Part shown: positions 52,790 to 64,000 of the stretch, piece by piece
How positions within the stretch are numbered: the stretch's first letter is position 1
Layout: each line of letters opens with the position of its first letter
From: Chiloscyllium plagiosum
Taxonomy: Eukaryota
Length of the DNA: 64,000 nucleotides
Direction of reading: 5' to 3'
Assembly (NCBI RefSeq): GCF_004010195.1
Contig: NC_057721.1
Span: 47,512,330 to 47,576,329, forward strand
Translations under genes and position numbers: made by a program
Notes under the pieces: model-generated
What the model saw: the letters and a program-made list of their open reading frames with translations, nothing else
What the model was told of the DNA's origin: nothing
Database searches by the model: none

Positions 52790-53777
52790 TCACATTCAAC
52801 AACCAGATATACGAACAAATCAACGGAACACCCATGGGCTCACTGGTCTCGGGACTCATAGCAGAAGCAGTAATGCAAAGGTTAGAACAAACAGTCCTAC
52901 CACAAATTCAACCCAAACTCTGGGTCAGATACGTTGATGACACCTTTGTAATCATTAAAAACACGGAAATAGAGAAAACACACCGGATCATCAACCCCAC
53001 ACTCACAGGAATCCGATTCACGAGAGANNNNNNNNNNNNNNNNNNNNNNNNNNNNNNNNNNNNNNNNNNNNNNNNNNNNNNNNNNNNNNNNNNNNNNNNN
53101 NNNNNNNNNNNNNNNNNNNNNNNNNNNNNNNNNNNNNNNNNNNNNNNNNNNNNNNNNNNNNNNNNNNNNNNNNNNNNNNNNNNNNNNNNNNNNNNNNNNN
53201 NNNNNNNNNNNNNNNNNNNNNNNNNNNNNNNNNNNNNNNNNNNNNNNNNNNNNNNNNNNNNNNNNNNNNNNNNNNNNNNNNNNNNNNNNNNNNNNNNNNN
53301 NNNNNNNNNNNNNNNNNNNNNNNNNNNNNNNNNNNNNNNNNNNNNNNNNNNNNNNNNNNNNNNNNNNNNNNNNNNNNNCTGTGGTGGCCGGTATATTGGG
53401 TCCAGGTCTATGTGTTTGTTGATGGAGTTTGTGGATGAGTGCCATGCTTCTAGGAATTCCCTGGCTGTTCTTTGTTTCGCTTGCCCTGTAATGGTAGTGT
53501 TGTCCCAGTCAAATTCATGTTGTTTGTCGTCTGCGTGTGTGGCTACTAGGATATACCGGCCACTACAGCGGACAGCTGAAACTGACAACCGGAAGCGGCA
53601 GGGACAGGCCACTATAAATGCCGGAGGAAACACCACAGAAGCGCTTCACAGGAGGCTCCCAAGCACTGAGGATGTCACCTAGACAGGGGACGAAACGTTT
53701 GCAACAAAAACTTCCAGCTCGGCGAACAGAACCACAGCAACGAGCACCCGAGCTACATATCTTCTCACAAACTTTGA
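52790..53777 (+). mobile_element. Penelope-like element: RT fragment (+), gap, inverted endonuclease segment (53379-53550, -), 3' end with hammerhead (+)
   Basis: TFNNQIYEQINGTPMGS..SGLIAEAVM...WVRYVDDTFVI; minus-strand H....HEFDWDNTTI.....R.FLEAWHS..NSINKH. Confidence 0.88.
53028..53378. other. Assembly gap (351 N)
   Basis: Run of n. Confidence 1.
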
Positions 53778-55545
53778 GCTGATAACTCAATTGGTTGCCC
53801 TGTTTTGTGTTGCGAGATCTGTTCAAAATCCATCCCACTTAACGTGCCAGTATTAAACAAAAGGTATTGTCAACGTAAAAGACTTCTGTCTTCTTTAGGA
53901 CTGTGTATTAGTTGCTCGTACCAAGACTGCCATGGAAAATACATCTGTGACAGGTAATTTAGTGCAGATGAGGTCAAGTAAGCTTTTCCCTCACCACCAG
54001 CTGCAGACCTAGTTTTGCAGTTATATCCTCTAGGATTTAACCAGATCACTTTGTAATGGTGCTGCTGAATCACTCTTGTTGACAGGCACGCGAAGTGCAA
54101 ATATTAAAACAAAAAAATGTAGATGATGGAAATCTGAAGCAAAAACAGAAATTGCTTGAGAAACTCAACACCATCAGGTAGCATCTGTGGAGAGAACGCA
54201 GTGTCAATGTTTCAAGTCCAGCAATCCTCCTTCAGAAGTCTATGCTTATGCCTACCACATGAAAGACTTAGATTGGCGGGGAAAGGTTTAATTGGCAGGA
54301 GGTTTCTTTCCCATGTTTGACCTGATGCCATAAGACTTCATAGGGGTCTGGTCTTGCTTTTGAGGATTCCCACAGCATCTCCCACCCATCACTGTGTTGC
54401 CACATGTAGGCCAGATCAGGGAAGGATGTCAGATTACATTAGCTCCAAAATCTCACTGTTCTAAAACTGGAATGTAGTTATTGTGCTCATGTTTCTCCTC
54501 AATTACATCAAAGCAAGGGCTCTCAAACATTATAATGGCCAAATAACATTTTTGGTGGTGTTTAAGAGGACTGGTTATCTCAGTGGACCAGGTATAGCAT
54601 GTTGTTCTGGACAGTGTCAACAGCACAATTTGATTTTCTTTTTGGCTGAAGTAGAGGTGGGAACTGTCTCAGGAGGCAGAGACAATCACTTACAAAAACT
54701 ACCAAGAAATCAGCTCAAAATGAACCAATAGGAGACACTGAACCATACACCTGCCTACTGGCTGAGCACACATGAATGAATGATATTGATTGAGCAATAA
54801 TTTTTGGCCACAGCACAAGGAGAAGCTCCTAATTCTTTTTTCAACAGTGGATTTTCCTATATTGATGTACAGCAGTAGAGAAGCGTGAAGGTTTCAATTG
54901 AAAGTCTAAAGTTCTATCAATACCACAATCTCGTCTAAGGTTTTCTACTCAAGTTTTTGAAGTTGGACTTGAATCTTTGATTTTCTATTCACGATGCGTG
55001 TGCCAGGATTTGGCCAAGACGGATATCAGGGTTTAGTTATTTTAGTTTGTTGAAAAGGTACTGAATTTGAATACCATAGAACACTACATTGGTGAGAGAT
55101 ACTGGATTTTACTGTTGTTTCAGAATACCTCAAGATTTATCAACTTCCATGGTGTTCAAGAATTCATAAATCCTTACTATTAGATTATCCAGTTGTAAAC
55201 AAATTAAACTCAGCTTCTCTTACATTATAGCACTGATCACAGTTCAGAATGCCACATGTTGTAAATGTTTTGGGATGTCAGGAGGTACATAAATGCAATT
55301 ATTTTCTCTTTGGTTCCAGATTAAGTTAATCAAATAAAAATCCGCTTCCATTGCATAACCCATTTAAGCAATTTGAAACATTGTACAACAATTCTTAACT
55401 GACTGTGCAGTACAAGTATGTAATTTAAGCAAATTAGAGAATGCTCGAAAGATGAACATTCCTGATGAAGGGCTTTTGCCCAAAGTGTTGATTTTCCTGC
55501 TCCTCGGATGCTACCCGACCTGCTGTGCCTTCTTGACTTGACTCA

Positions 55546-55734
55546 ATATACCGGCCACTACAGCGGACAGCTGAAACTGACAACCGGAAGCGGCAGGGAC
55601 AGGCCACTATAAATGCCGGAGGAAACACCACAGAAGCGCTTCACAGGAGGGTCCCAAGCACTGAGGATGTCACCTAGACAGGGGACGAAACGTTTGCAAC
55701 AAAAACTTCCAGCTCGGCGAACAGAACCACAGCA
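55546..55734 (+). repeat. Second copy of the PLE 3' end at 53551-53739
   Basis: 189 bp, one mismatch (ggaggctccc vs ggagggtccc). Confidence 0.93.
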
Positions 55735-56139
55735 GTGAAAGATGTATGGCCTACTCCTAATGTGTATATTCATTAGATTTAAATATTTCCATATCGGACA
55801 TAGAATTGCAGAAAATAGGTCAGGTTATAGAGCTAGTGTCATTAGAGTTGAACCTAATGTAGAAGATCTGAAACACAGAAAAGGATATGGTCAATCTTTG
55901 TGGATCATGAAGATCAGAAATTCATTTAAAAATGAAATTGCATTTATTGAAGAGTCAATTCTATTTCTAAAACAAAGTGAGAGAGCATGGCTCCTAAGAT
56001 ATATTTGAAAGACTTGTAAATGAGATATCATTCACAATATCAATATTCTAGCAATGGTACCAAGGGTTTAACAAGCAGTTCTGATATATCGATAACATAA
56101 GAGTCATTCTTGATAACTGGAAACACCACACTTTATTAA

Positions 56140-57150
56140 GAGTGCTTTTGACATTAGAGATTAGATAATAAAACAGAAAATATTGGAGAATCTTAGCTGG
56201 TCTGCCAGCATGTGTGAATAGAGGAAGAGTTAACATTTTGAGTCCAATGTATTGCTTCAGAATTGAAGGAAACTGGAAAAGAGTCAGGTGGTATGCTGCA
56301 GAAAAAAGGAGCAAGGAAGAGCCAGTGGAATAAATAGTAAAGGTGCCCCAGGGTAAAAGACAAAGGGACTGCTAATAGTAGAGAAAATTTATAGATGAAC
56401 AGTACGTATTGATGGTGGAAGGTTAATAGCAGAAAACAGGTCAGATCTACTTAGAGTAAATCCATGCCAGAGCAGACTTGGGAGTGGTAAATCAAAACGG
56501 AAGGTAAGGTTCATGGTCTGAAACTGTTGAATTCAATGTTGAGTCCTGAAGGCTCCAAAGTGCTCAAGTGGAAAATATAGTGCTATTCCTTCAACTTGTG
56601 TTAAGTCTTACCGGAACACTGCAGCAAATCTAGGACAGAAATTTTAGTTTGAGGGGGCAGTACTGCATTGAAAAACAAGCAACCAGAATGGTAGGACCAT
56701 TCTTGTTGAAAAGATGGAGGCGTTTTAAAAAGTTACCTGGTCCACTCTTGGTCTTACAATTGTAAAGGAGACAGCAATGTGAAAAGTCATTACAGTAAAC
56801 AGGTTCAAAGCAAGTACAAATAAATCACTGTTCCAGTGGGAAAGTGTGTTTCAGGACTTCGATAGTGAGGAAGGAAGAGGTAAAGGAATTAATGTTACAT
56901 CTGCAATTACATGCAAAAGGGGCCATTAAGAGTGTTCAGAGTGAATGCTGCAGAATGCTGACAAAAGAGGGGAAACAAAGATGTTTTTGGTAGAAGCATC
57001 TCATCAGAGGTGACGGATATAGCAGAGGATAATGCTTTTCATGCAGAAGTGATGGGTGGTAGGAAGTGGAAAGTTAGGACTAGGGAAATCTGTTTGTTTT
57101 GGGAGTGAGGGGGAGGGGTGGAAGCAAAACTGCGGGAGACAGATTGGACA
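56140..57150 (-). mobile_element. Old PLE remnant (endonuclease C-terminus and 3' UTR)
   Basis: Minus strand near 56585-56533 reads HYIFHLSTLEPSGLNIE, similar to LIFRLGTLQPQGINVD of the 25.4-kb PLE. Confidence 0.6.
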
Positions 57151-57475
57151 TGTATTCCTGATGAAGAGCTTTTGCCCGAAATGTCGATTTTACTGCTCCT
57201 CGGATGCTGCCTGAACTGCTGTGCTCTTCCAGCACCTCTAATCCAGAAACAGCTCAGGGCCTGTCACCCAGGAGCGAGGAATCTTTGATTAAGGAATAAG
57301 GAAAGCATTTTGAGTCACACTGGAGACATTTCTCTCTCCACAGTTGCTGCCAGATCGGAGTTTCTCCAGCACTTTTTGTTTTCATTAAACATGTTTATTG
57401 CTTTGTTTGAGAATGTGCCACGTTGAGTCCAGATCCAGGCCACTGTTAGAGAGTTAATGGAGTGTAAACCTTTAC

Positions 57476-57521
57476 CTGAATCCCCCAACACCAACACCTT
57501 CACCCGCTCCAAGGACGCCAT
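57476..57521 (-). CDS. RABL3: RABL3 coding exon 1 (MASLERVKVLVLGDS/G)
   Basis: ATG at 57521, donor gtaaag; 46 nt; start of the P-loop GDSGVGKS. Confidence 0.96.
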
Positions 57522-57860
57522 CGCACAAACACGTTCAACCTAGACCAACCCTCAGGTTACCGTTAAAAACTTTAACTAAATACTCGCTTGGGTATCTCTG
57601 GAGCAGAAGGTAATCGGTCAGCTTTCGCCAGCCGCCACCTGAACCTGACGACGGAGCTCCACCCGGAGCCAATCACCGACTGACCTCGGCCCACAACGAG
57701 CCCTGCGTACCGACGTCACCACGCACAGTGCCCTACGCGGTGACGTAACATCCGGGGCCGCGGTACGTGTTGACGCAGGCCCTTCCTGCAGCGCAGCGTG
57801 AGCCGGTTAGCGTGGTAATGTTAGTGCTCGAGAGTGTCTATTTGTAACCGGCAGTGAGTA
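57522..57860. promoter_or_regulatory. CpG-rich, probably bidirectional promoter (RABL3 on minus, presumably GTF2E1 on plus)
   Basis: CpG-dense patch immediately upstream of the RABL3 ATG; AGCCAATCA NF-Y box (CCAAT 57669-57673); CRE/ATF-like TGACG cores near 57646, 57711-57719, 57741 and 57771; ETS-like ACATCCGG 57748-57755. Confidence 0.8.
57780..57853 (+). other. GTF2E1: Putative non-coding first exon of GTF2E1 (start approximate)
   Basis: Plus-strand donor GCA|GTGAGT at 57854 at the edge of the CpG patch; identity inferred only from vertebrate HGD-RABL3-GTF2E1 synteny; no coding sequence seen. Confidence 0.5.
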
Positions 57861-58659
57861 TTTATTTAAATATTAAAATTATTTTAATAGTTACTGTCAT
57901 TAATATATTGTAATGTGATCGTCAGAATTGCTCGGCTTCGTTCACACCGCTATGAACGGTCAACGGTTCTTTAGTTGACCTGCATTATTGGTCATTAAGG
58001 TTTGTTGAAAGATACTGGTTTTATTTATTTCATAAATTTATTTTTTTTACGTGAGGGCACCGTACTAGAGACGATTCTGTAATGTGAGATACTGTTAAGG
58101 CATTGATATTTATACAAGTTTCAATTTGGACTTGGATGAGATGGCTGTGGTATACAGTAATTACTGGGGAGTAAACTATTTTTAAAGATTGGAACACTCG
58201 GGGGGGCTGGAAGATCTCCTAAACAACCACAGCAAATACCCAGTGGATTATACAGCTTTTGAATGAACCTTGAGTGCAACTCACCTGGAACTTAAAGTAA
58301 ATTTGAATGTCCCTATTTACTTTACTTTAAAGTAGACAAACACGGTAGGAATCACTTTGTAATCTTGTGTTTTACGATCTTATACTCCACAATCACCTGA
58401 TGAAGGAGCAGCACTCCAAAAGCGAATGCTTCCAAATAAACCTGTTGGGTTATAACCTGGTGTTGTGTGATTTTTAAGTCCCATACTGGCGCCTCCAAAT
58501 CATTTATAATCTTCATATACGTGCAGAGATCTGTTCTGATTGTGCCTGATTTAAATCGTCGGAAGGGAGTAAATTCTACCTTTATATTAACAAAGTTTTC
58601 AAAGTGTAGTTCTATGTTGTTCTGGAGTAGTATTAATTCTGATGTGAGGTGATCTAGGC

Positions 58660-59115
58660 CAACTTTCCATAAATACTTTGCATCAATCTTCACAGTACTA
58701 ATAGCATTCCAACATCATTAAATATTCAAGGGACAGAAGGAGGAGAGAGAATAAATACAATAACTACCACTAGAAGAAAAAGTGTTAGGAAAACTCATGG
58801 GACTAAAGAGTGATAAGCGTCCTGAACCTGACAGGATAGATCCTCAGATATTAAAGGAAATAACTACAGAGATAATGGATATATTTGATAGTAAATGTCC
58901 AGCAATCCTTACATACTGGAGAAGTCCCAGAGGATTAGGAAATTGCCAATGCAGCATCTTTATCTAGAAAGGGAAGGAGTCAAAACCAGGTAACTGTAGG
59001 CCAGTTAGCTTGATGTCTGTTATTGTGAAAATGTTAGAATTTATTATGAAGGATGTGGTAACAGAGCATTTAAAAATGCACAAGATGATCAAGCGGAGTC
59101 AGCATGGCTTCATGG
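58660..59115 (+). mobile_element. CR1 ORF2 internal fragment
   Basis: LK.DK.P.PD.I.P.ILKE, NxRPVSL.SV..K.LE, SQHGF motifs. Confidence 0.75.
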
Positions 59116-61029
59116 AGAAATAACTAGCTGCCTCTGTGGAGAAAAATAGATATTATTTCAAGTCAACATGGGTGGAAGATTCTGATTAAAGGCCACAAAT
59201 GGTAACTCAGTTTCTCTTCCACAGTTGATGTTTAACCTATTGAGAATTTCTGTTCTTTTCTCTTTTATTGGGACTTTATTAAATTTTAAGTTTTTTTTAA
59301 AGCATTTACCTTATATTTATGCTTCTTGATCTAATGACTTGTAGATCAGTTCTGATCAATCATATTCTAACAATTCATTCTATCTCTCTGATTCTCACTT
59401 ACACTTTTCCATTTCCACTGAAGTCTCAAATATAACCTCCACAATCCCTATTAACTTTTCATTGAACTGACGGTACATTTTTGGAACTGCTTTATTACTT
59501 TTCCTAAAGTAGGATGCTTGAAATTGCAACTGTCACAATTTTTGCGTAAAATGTCAAAATTTGTTTATACAATTTGAGAAAGAAATATTGAAATTGTCCA
59601 GTCATTTCAAGAGTAGGAGAAGACCATCTGCTTATTTAAGTTCAAAGCAATTTAAAGAGGCAATTAAGAGCATGAGAGCTGAGAATTTAATAAAAGCTGT
59701 AAAGTCCTTTTATAAAATCTTAAAAGTTAAAGTAGAATAAGAGTCCTATTGTAATTGAGCTTTCAAAGTTACCTCTGAAGGGAGACAGTTTTTGTGTATT
59801 TCCAAAGTGAGATGAGAGGAAAAAGAAGACAACTTACAAAATATTCTTATTTCACACACAGGTCCTAAAATATTAAAGCGTTACTTGACCTATGCAAATT
59901 TAATGCAACCACTTGAGTTTCTGAAAATGAATCAATTATGTAATGTTAAGTAGAAAAATACACATTTACATCAATTGTTAATTTGCTAAGCACTTAAATT
60001 CCACAGAGTCTGCAAGACTACTGCCAAGATGCTTTTGGCCTTTTAAGCCCCATAAAAGTAAATTTAACTAGTTCCAGTGCAATACTTGCATTTGGTTTAG
60101 TTTACTTGACAAAAAGAGATGGTAACTTCTTATTAGTGTGGCAAACCTCACATTTTATTATCTTGTGTTGTAGTTTAACTAAACATAAATGCTAACTTCT
60201 TTATTACTATACAAAATAATAATGGGTTCTAAAGTCATAAAACTCTATTAAGGTGGTCTTACATGTATAGAAATTAACAATTCTTCAATTATGTATTTTG
60301 TGCCTCTGCTTTTGTACTTTTTTAAGTATTTCTAAAATTTTTGCTCTTCAGTATTGTCAAAGGAACAATATTATCTTAATTTCCTCAGGTGAATTAACAT
60401 TGTGCTGGTCTGCTGGATCAATCCTTGATGCAACCTTTTGTCTGAAAATTGCACCAATCTGTGAAGCGGCACGACCCTAAAACAGGGGTGGGTTGAAGGA
60501 TAATTTCTTCCTTTAGTTATTTGTTGCATTCATTATATTAAAGATTGTCCGTTTGCTACACATAGGAAATAGACTTTGGGTTGAAAGAAGTCCTCCTATG
60601 TCCACATGTTGATAATGGGATGGATGAACCTTCATCTGTTGCCAAAGCCTTGCATGAACCTTCTCTGGAATATACATGAACCTTCTCTGCATTATCCGCA
60701 GTTTATCTTGTTATGGATTTTGTTGGACTGCATTTGACTTTGTACCATTTACAATTTTTTATGTATGTCTATTTAGATAAATACATTGTTATGATGCATT
60801 GAAAGCTTGTTGATTATATTTAGGGGGAGGTGAAGACCTTGCAATATTATCACGAGACTATTAACCCAAAGACCCCAGGTAATGTTTGGGATCCGGGCTT
60901 GACAGAAAATGGCATTTGAATTCAGTAAAAGTCTGGATTCAAGTGTCTAATGATGACCATGAAACATTGTTGATTGTCAGAAAGGCCATCTGGTTCACTG
61001 ATGTCCTTTAGGAAAGGAAACCACAATTT

Positions 61030-61512
61030 TAGACCATTAGACATAGGAGTGGAAGTAAGGCCATTGGGCCCATTGAGTCCACTATTCAGTCATGGCTGAT
61101 GGCATTTTAATGCCACTTACCCGCACTCTCCCCATAGCCCTTAATTCCTTGTGAGGTCAAGAATTTATTAATCTCTGTCTTGAAGACATTTAACATCCCG
61201 ACCTCTACTGCGCTCCGTGGTGATGAATTCCACAGGCCCACCACTCTCTAGTTAAAGAAGTGTCTTCTCATTTCCATTGTAAATTGACCCCCTCTAATTC
61301 TAAGGCTGTGCCCACAGTTCCTAGTATTCCCGCCTAATGGAAACAAATTCTCAGCGTCCATCCTTTCTAAGCCGTGCATTATCTTGTAAGTTTCTGTTAG
61401 ATCTCTCCTCAACCTTCCAAACTCTAATGATTGTAATCCCAGGATTCTCAGCCATTTATCGTATGTTAGGCCTACCATTCCAGGGATCATCTGTGTGAAT
61501 CTCCGCTGGACA
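61030..61512 (-). mobile_element. CR1-like LINE 3' portion
   Basis: ORF 61248..61553 VQRRFT.MIPGM.GL.Y..L..LGL.SLE..RLR.DL.E.YKI. Confidence 0.85.
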
Positions 61513-64000
61513 GTAATTTTACCTGGTCTGGTGTACATGTGACTCAATAGCAATTTGGTTGAATCTTAACTGCCCTCAGGGATGGGCTATAAATGCTGGC
61601 CTAGCCAGTGACACCCACATTTTATGAAATGATTCCAAACTAATACGGTATACATATGTAGAGGAAACCCTGTTACTAATGCACCCATATGGTGTATAAA
61701 CTCATTCAAAATTAATTATGCCACATTTTAATAATAATCAAAATTTAATTGTATTAATAAGAATTGTATTTTGTGGCTAAGTATTGATGAACTTTGTTTT
61801 TAAAATTTAGAATCTGTGGCATGCCTTGATTAGATCTGTGTAAAATTAGCTGTTATTCTGCATATTACTATCTGTATTGGCATTTGCTACATTGCTCCCC
61901 TGGAGATAATTTTATTGATGGCTGAGAAGTAAGGCATTTTTATCTTCTAATAATTATTTTTTGTGTTGAGTACTGAAGCAATGTCTGCCCAAGGATGTTC
62001 AATACTTATAGCTTTCAAACCAGTCTCTGTGATTTCTAGGGGTTTGTCTTCCCTGATGGCTTTGGCATTCTGATTTTAGTTTGTTTTTAGGTGGATTTTC
62101 TGCTCCTGATGGCATTGAGCTTGAAAATGAAAATTGCACTTAAGCACAGTGTTGGCATATCTCAAATCCTTTGACCAGAATTCAATTTTGGACAGGGGGT
62201 TCATGATCTAGCTCCTGCCTCACCATCAGTTGAGATGTTTAAGTGACCAAGTGATTTTGCTGGCTGGGCAAGCATTTGTTGCCCATCTCTGTCACCCCTG
62301 AGAACGTGTTGGTGAGCTGCTTCTTGAAACACTGCAGTTCATTTGGAATAAGTAGATCCACAATGCTGTTAGATAGGAAGTTCTGGGAGTTTGACCCAGC
62401 AACTCTGAAGGAAAGGCAATATATAATTCCAAATTAGGGTAGTGAGCAGTGTTCCCATGTATCTGCTGTCCTTGACCCTCTCGCTGGTGGTGGTTTGGGA
62501 GGTTACTGTCGAAGGACTTTTCATGAATTTCAACAGTACATCTTGAGGTTGATACACACTGCTGCTACTGTGTGTCGGTAGTGCATGAAATGAATGTTTG
62601 TGGATGTAATATCAACTGAATAGGTTGTCAAGAACGGTGTTGAGCTTCTTGAGAATTTTCAGAACAGTGCACATCCAAGCGAGTGGAGGTTATTATATCA
62701 TATTCCTGACTTGAACCTTGGAGATGGTGGTCAGATTGTGGGCCATCAGAGAGGAAGTTAGGCACCTCAGTATCCTGTTGTGATGCTGCTGGACTGAGAT
62801 GATTGGCCTCCGATATCCACAGACTGATATGGCTCCAACCAATGCAATGTTTTCCCCAATTCCCATTGAATTTTGTTCTCCTAAGACTCATGATACTCTT
62901 GGTCAAAAGTTGCCTTGATTTCAAAGGTAATCGCAGTTGTCTAAATGAAGTATGTAATAAGTTCTGCAATCAGGTTGTCCAGGCAGAACTCAAAATGAAC
63001 GTTGATGAGCAACTTGCTGCAGAAATGTGCTTGACAGCACTATCAATTTTAACATTTATTTCTTAACTGATAATTGAGAGTAATCTGATGTGTGATATTT
63101 GACTGGATTGGATTTGCGAAGCTTTTTATGGTCTGAGTGTGCATATGCAATTTACCACTTGTGTGGGTAGGTGCCATTGCTACAACTTGGCTAATAGTGA
63201 AAAAGGTTGTGGAGCTCAAGACTTCAGCTGTTGGTAGTGCAGATAACCTCATTATATTCATTCTTGGATGTGGGTGTTGCTGGCTCGGCTAGCATTTATT
63301 GCTCATCCTTAATTGCCCAGATGGTAGTTAAGAGTCAGATGTAGGCCACAACAGGTAAGGACAGCAGGTTCCTTCCCTAAAGGGCATTAATAAAACAAAT
63401 ACATTTTTCCAACAATCAGCAATAGGTTCTTAATCATTATTAGACTGTTAAATTCCAGATTTTCTTTTGTCAAATTCATATTCCATGATTTGCCAAATTG
63501 AGATTTGAACCTGAGTGTCCAGAGCATCACATGGATATGTGGATTAATAGACTAACAACAATAATACAACTGAGCAATCGTATGGTGTCAACATGTTGGA
63601 GGGTGTCCTCCATGTGAAGCTGGGACTATCCTCAAGGCCTGGTAATTATATTCCTTTGTTGTGTTTTTTTAACACAGAATTATCAGTGTCATGCTGGATT
63701 GCTAAGTAGTGTAAGTTTAATATATTTTGAAATCTTGAATAGTTTTGCTGAACTGACAAATTTATTTTGTGCAGTTGCAGAGAACCTTATGTACACAATC
63801 CAAGCAATAACGTGGCTGCTGTCATGTGGTATAATTCTGATGCTTCATTCATTAGTATAGTAGCTGTTAAGTTTTAAAAATCATTCATAAGACATGGATG
63901 TCACAATATTTATTGCCTATCCCTAAATGCCCAGAGGGCAGTTGAGACTCATCCACATTGTTGTGCTTCTGGTTGCGTGGTCACCATTAGACTCTTAATT

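Noticed and set aside
52834-53682. Long ORFs of 182-282 aa
   Set aside because: Length comes from reading through 351 N; only the flanking PLE peptides are real
58000-64000. GTF2E1 coding exons
   Set aside because: No TFIIE-alpha-like peptide found; candidate acceptors near 62090 and 63775 lead to nothing recognisable

Overview
Vertebrate genomic DNA, most likely from a cartilaginous fish (shark). This is inferred from HE1/V-SINE-like tRNA SINEs, abundant CR1/L2 LINE debris and Penelope-like elements (PLEs). The minus strand carries coding exons 1-10 of HGD (homogentisate 1,2-dioxygenase; the remaining exons lie left of the window) and a complete 8-exon RABL3 gene (237 aa). A CpG-rich promoter at about 57.5-57.9 kb probably also drives GTF2E1 on the plus strand, by synteny; no GTF2E1 coding exon was seen. 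All 18 exons were read by eye, have GT-AG boundaries and join in frame. Most notable non-genic signals: (i) more than a dozen minimal hammerhead-ribozyme motifs (CUGANGA-stem II-GAAA-palindromic stem III-NUH) in at least four sequence families, in PLE 3' ends and in short fold-back elements, including an intact one in the sense strand of an HGD intron; (ii) a perfect 75-bp-arm palindrome with an overlapping second palindrome in RABL3 intron 7; (iii) a 1.3-kb segment bounded by 158-bp inverted repeats in HGD intron 1; (iv) a young solo LTR with a 5-bp TSD; (v) Harbinger Myb/SANT and Gypsy integrase fossils. No database search was run, so repeat family names are by recognition only.
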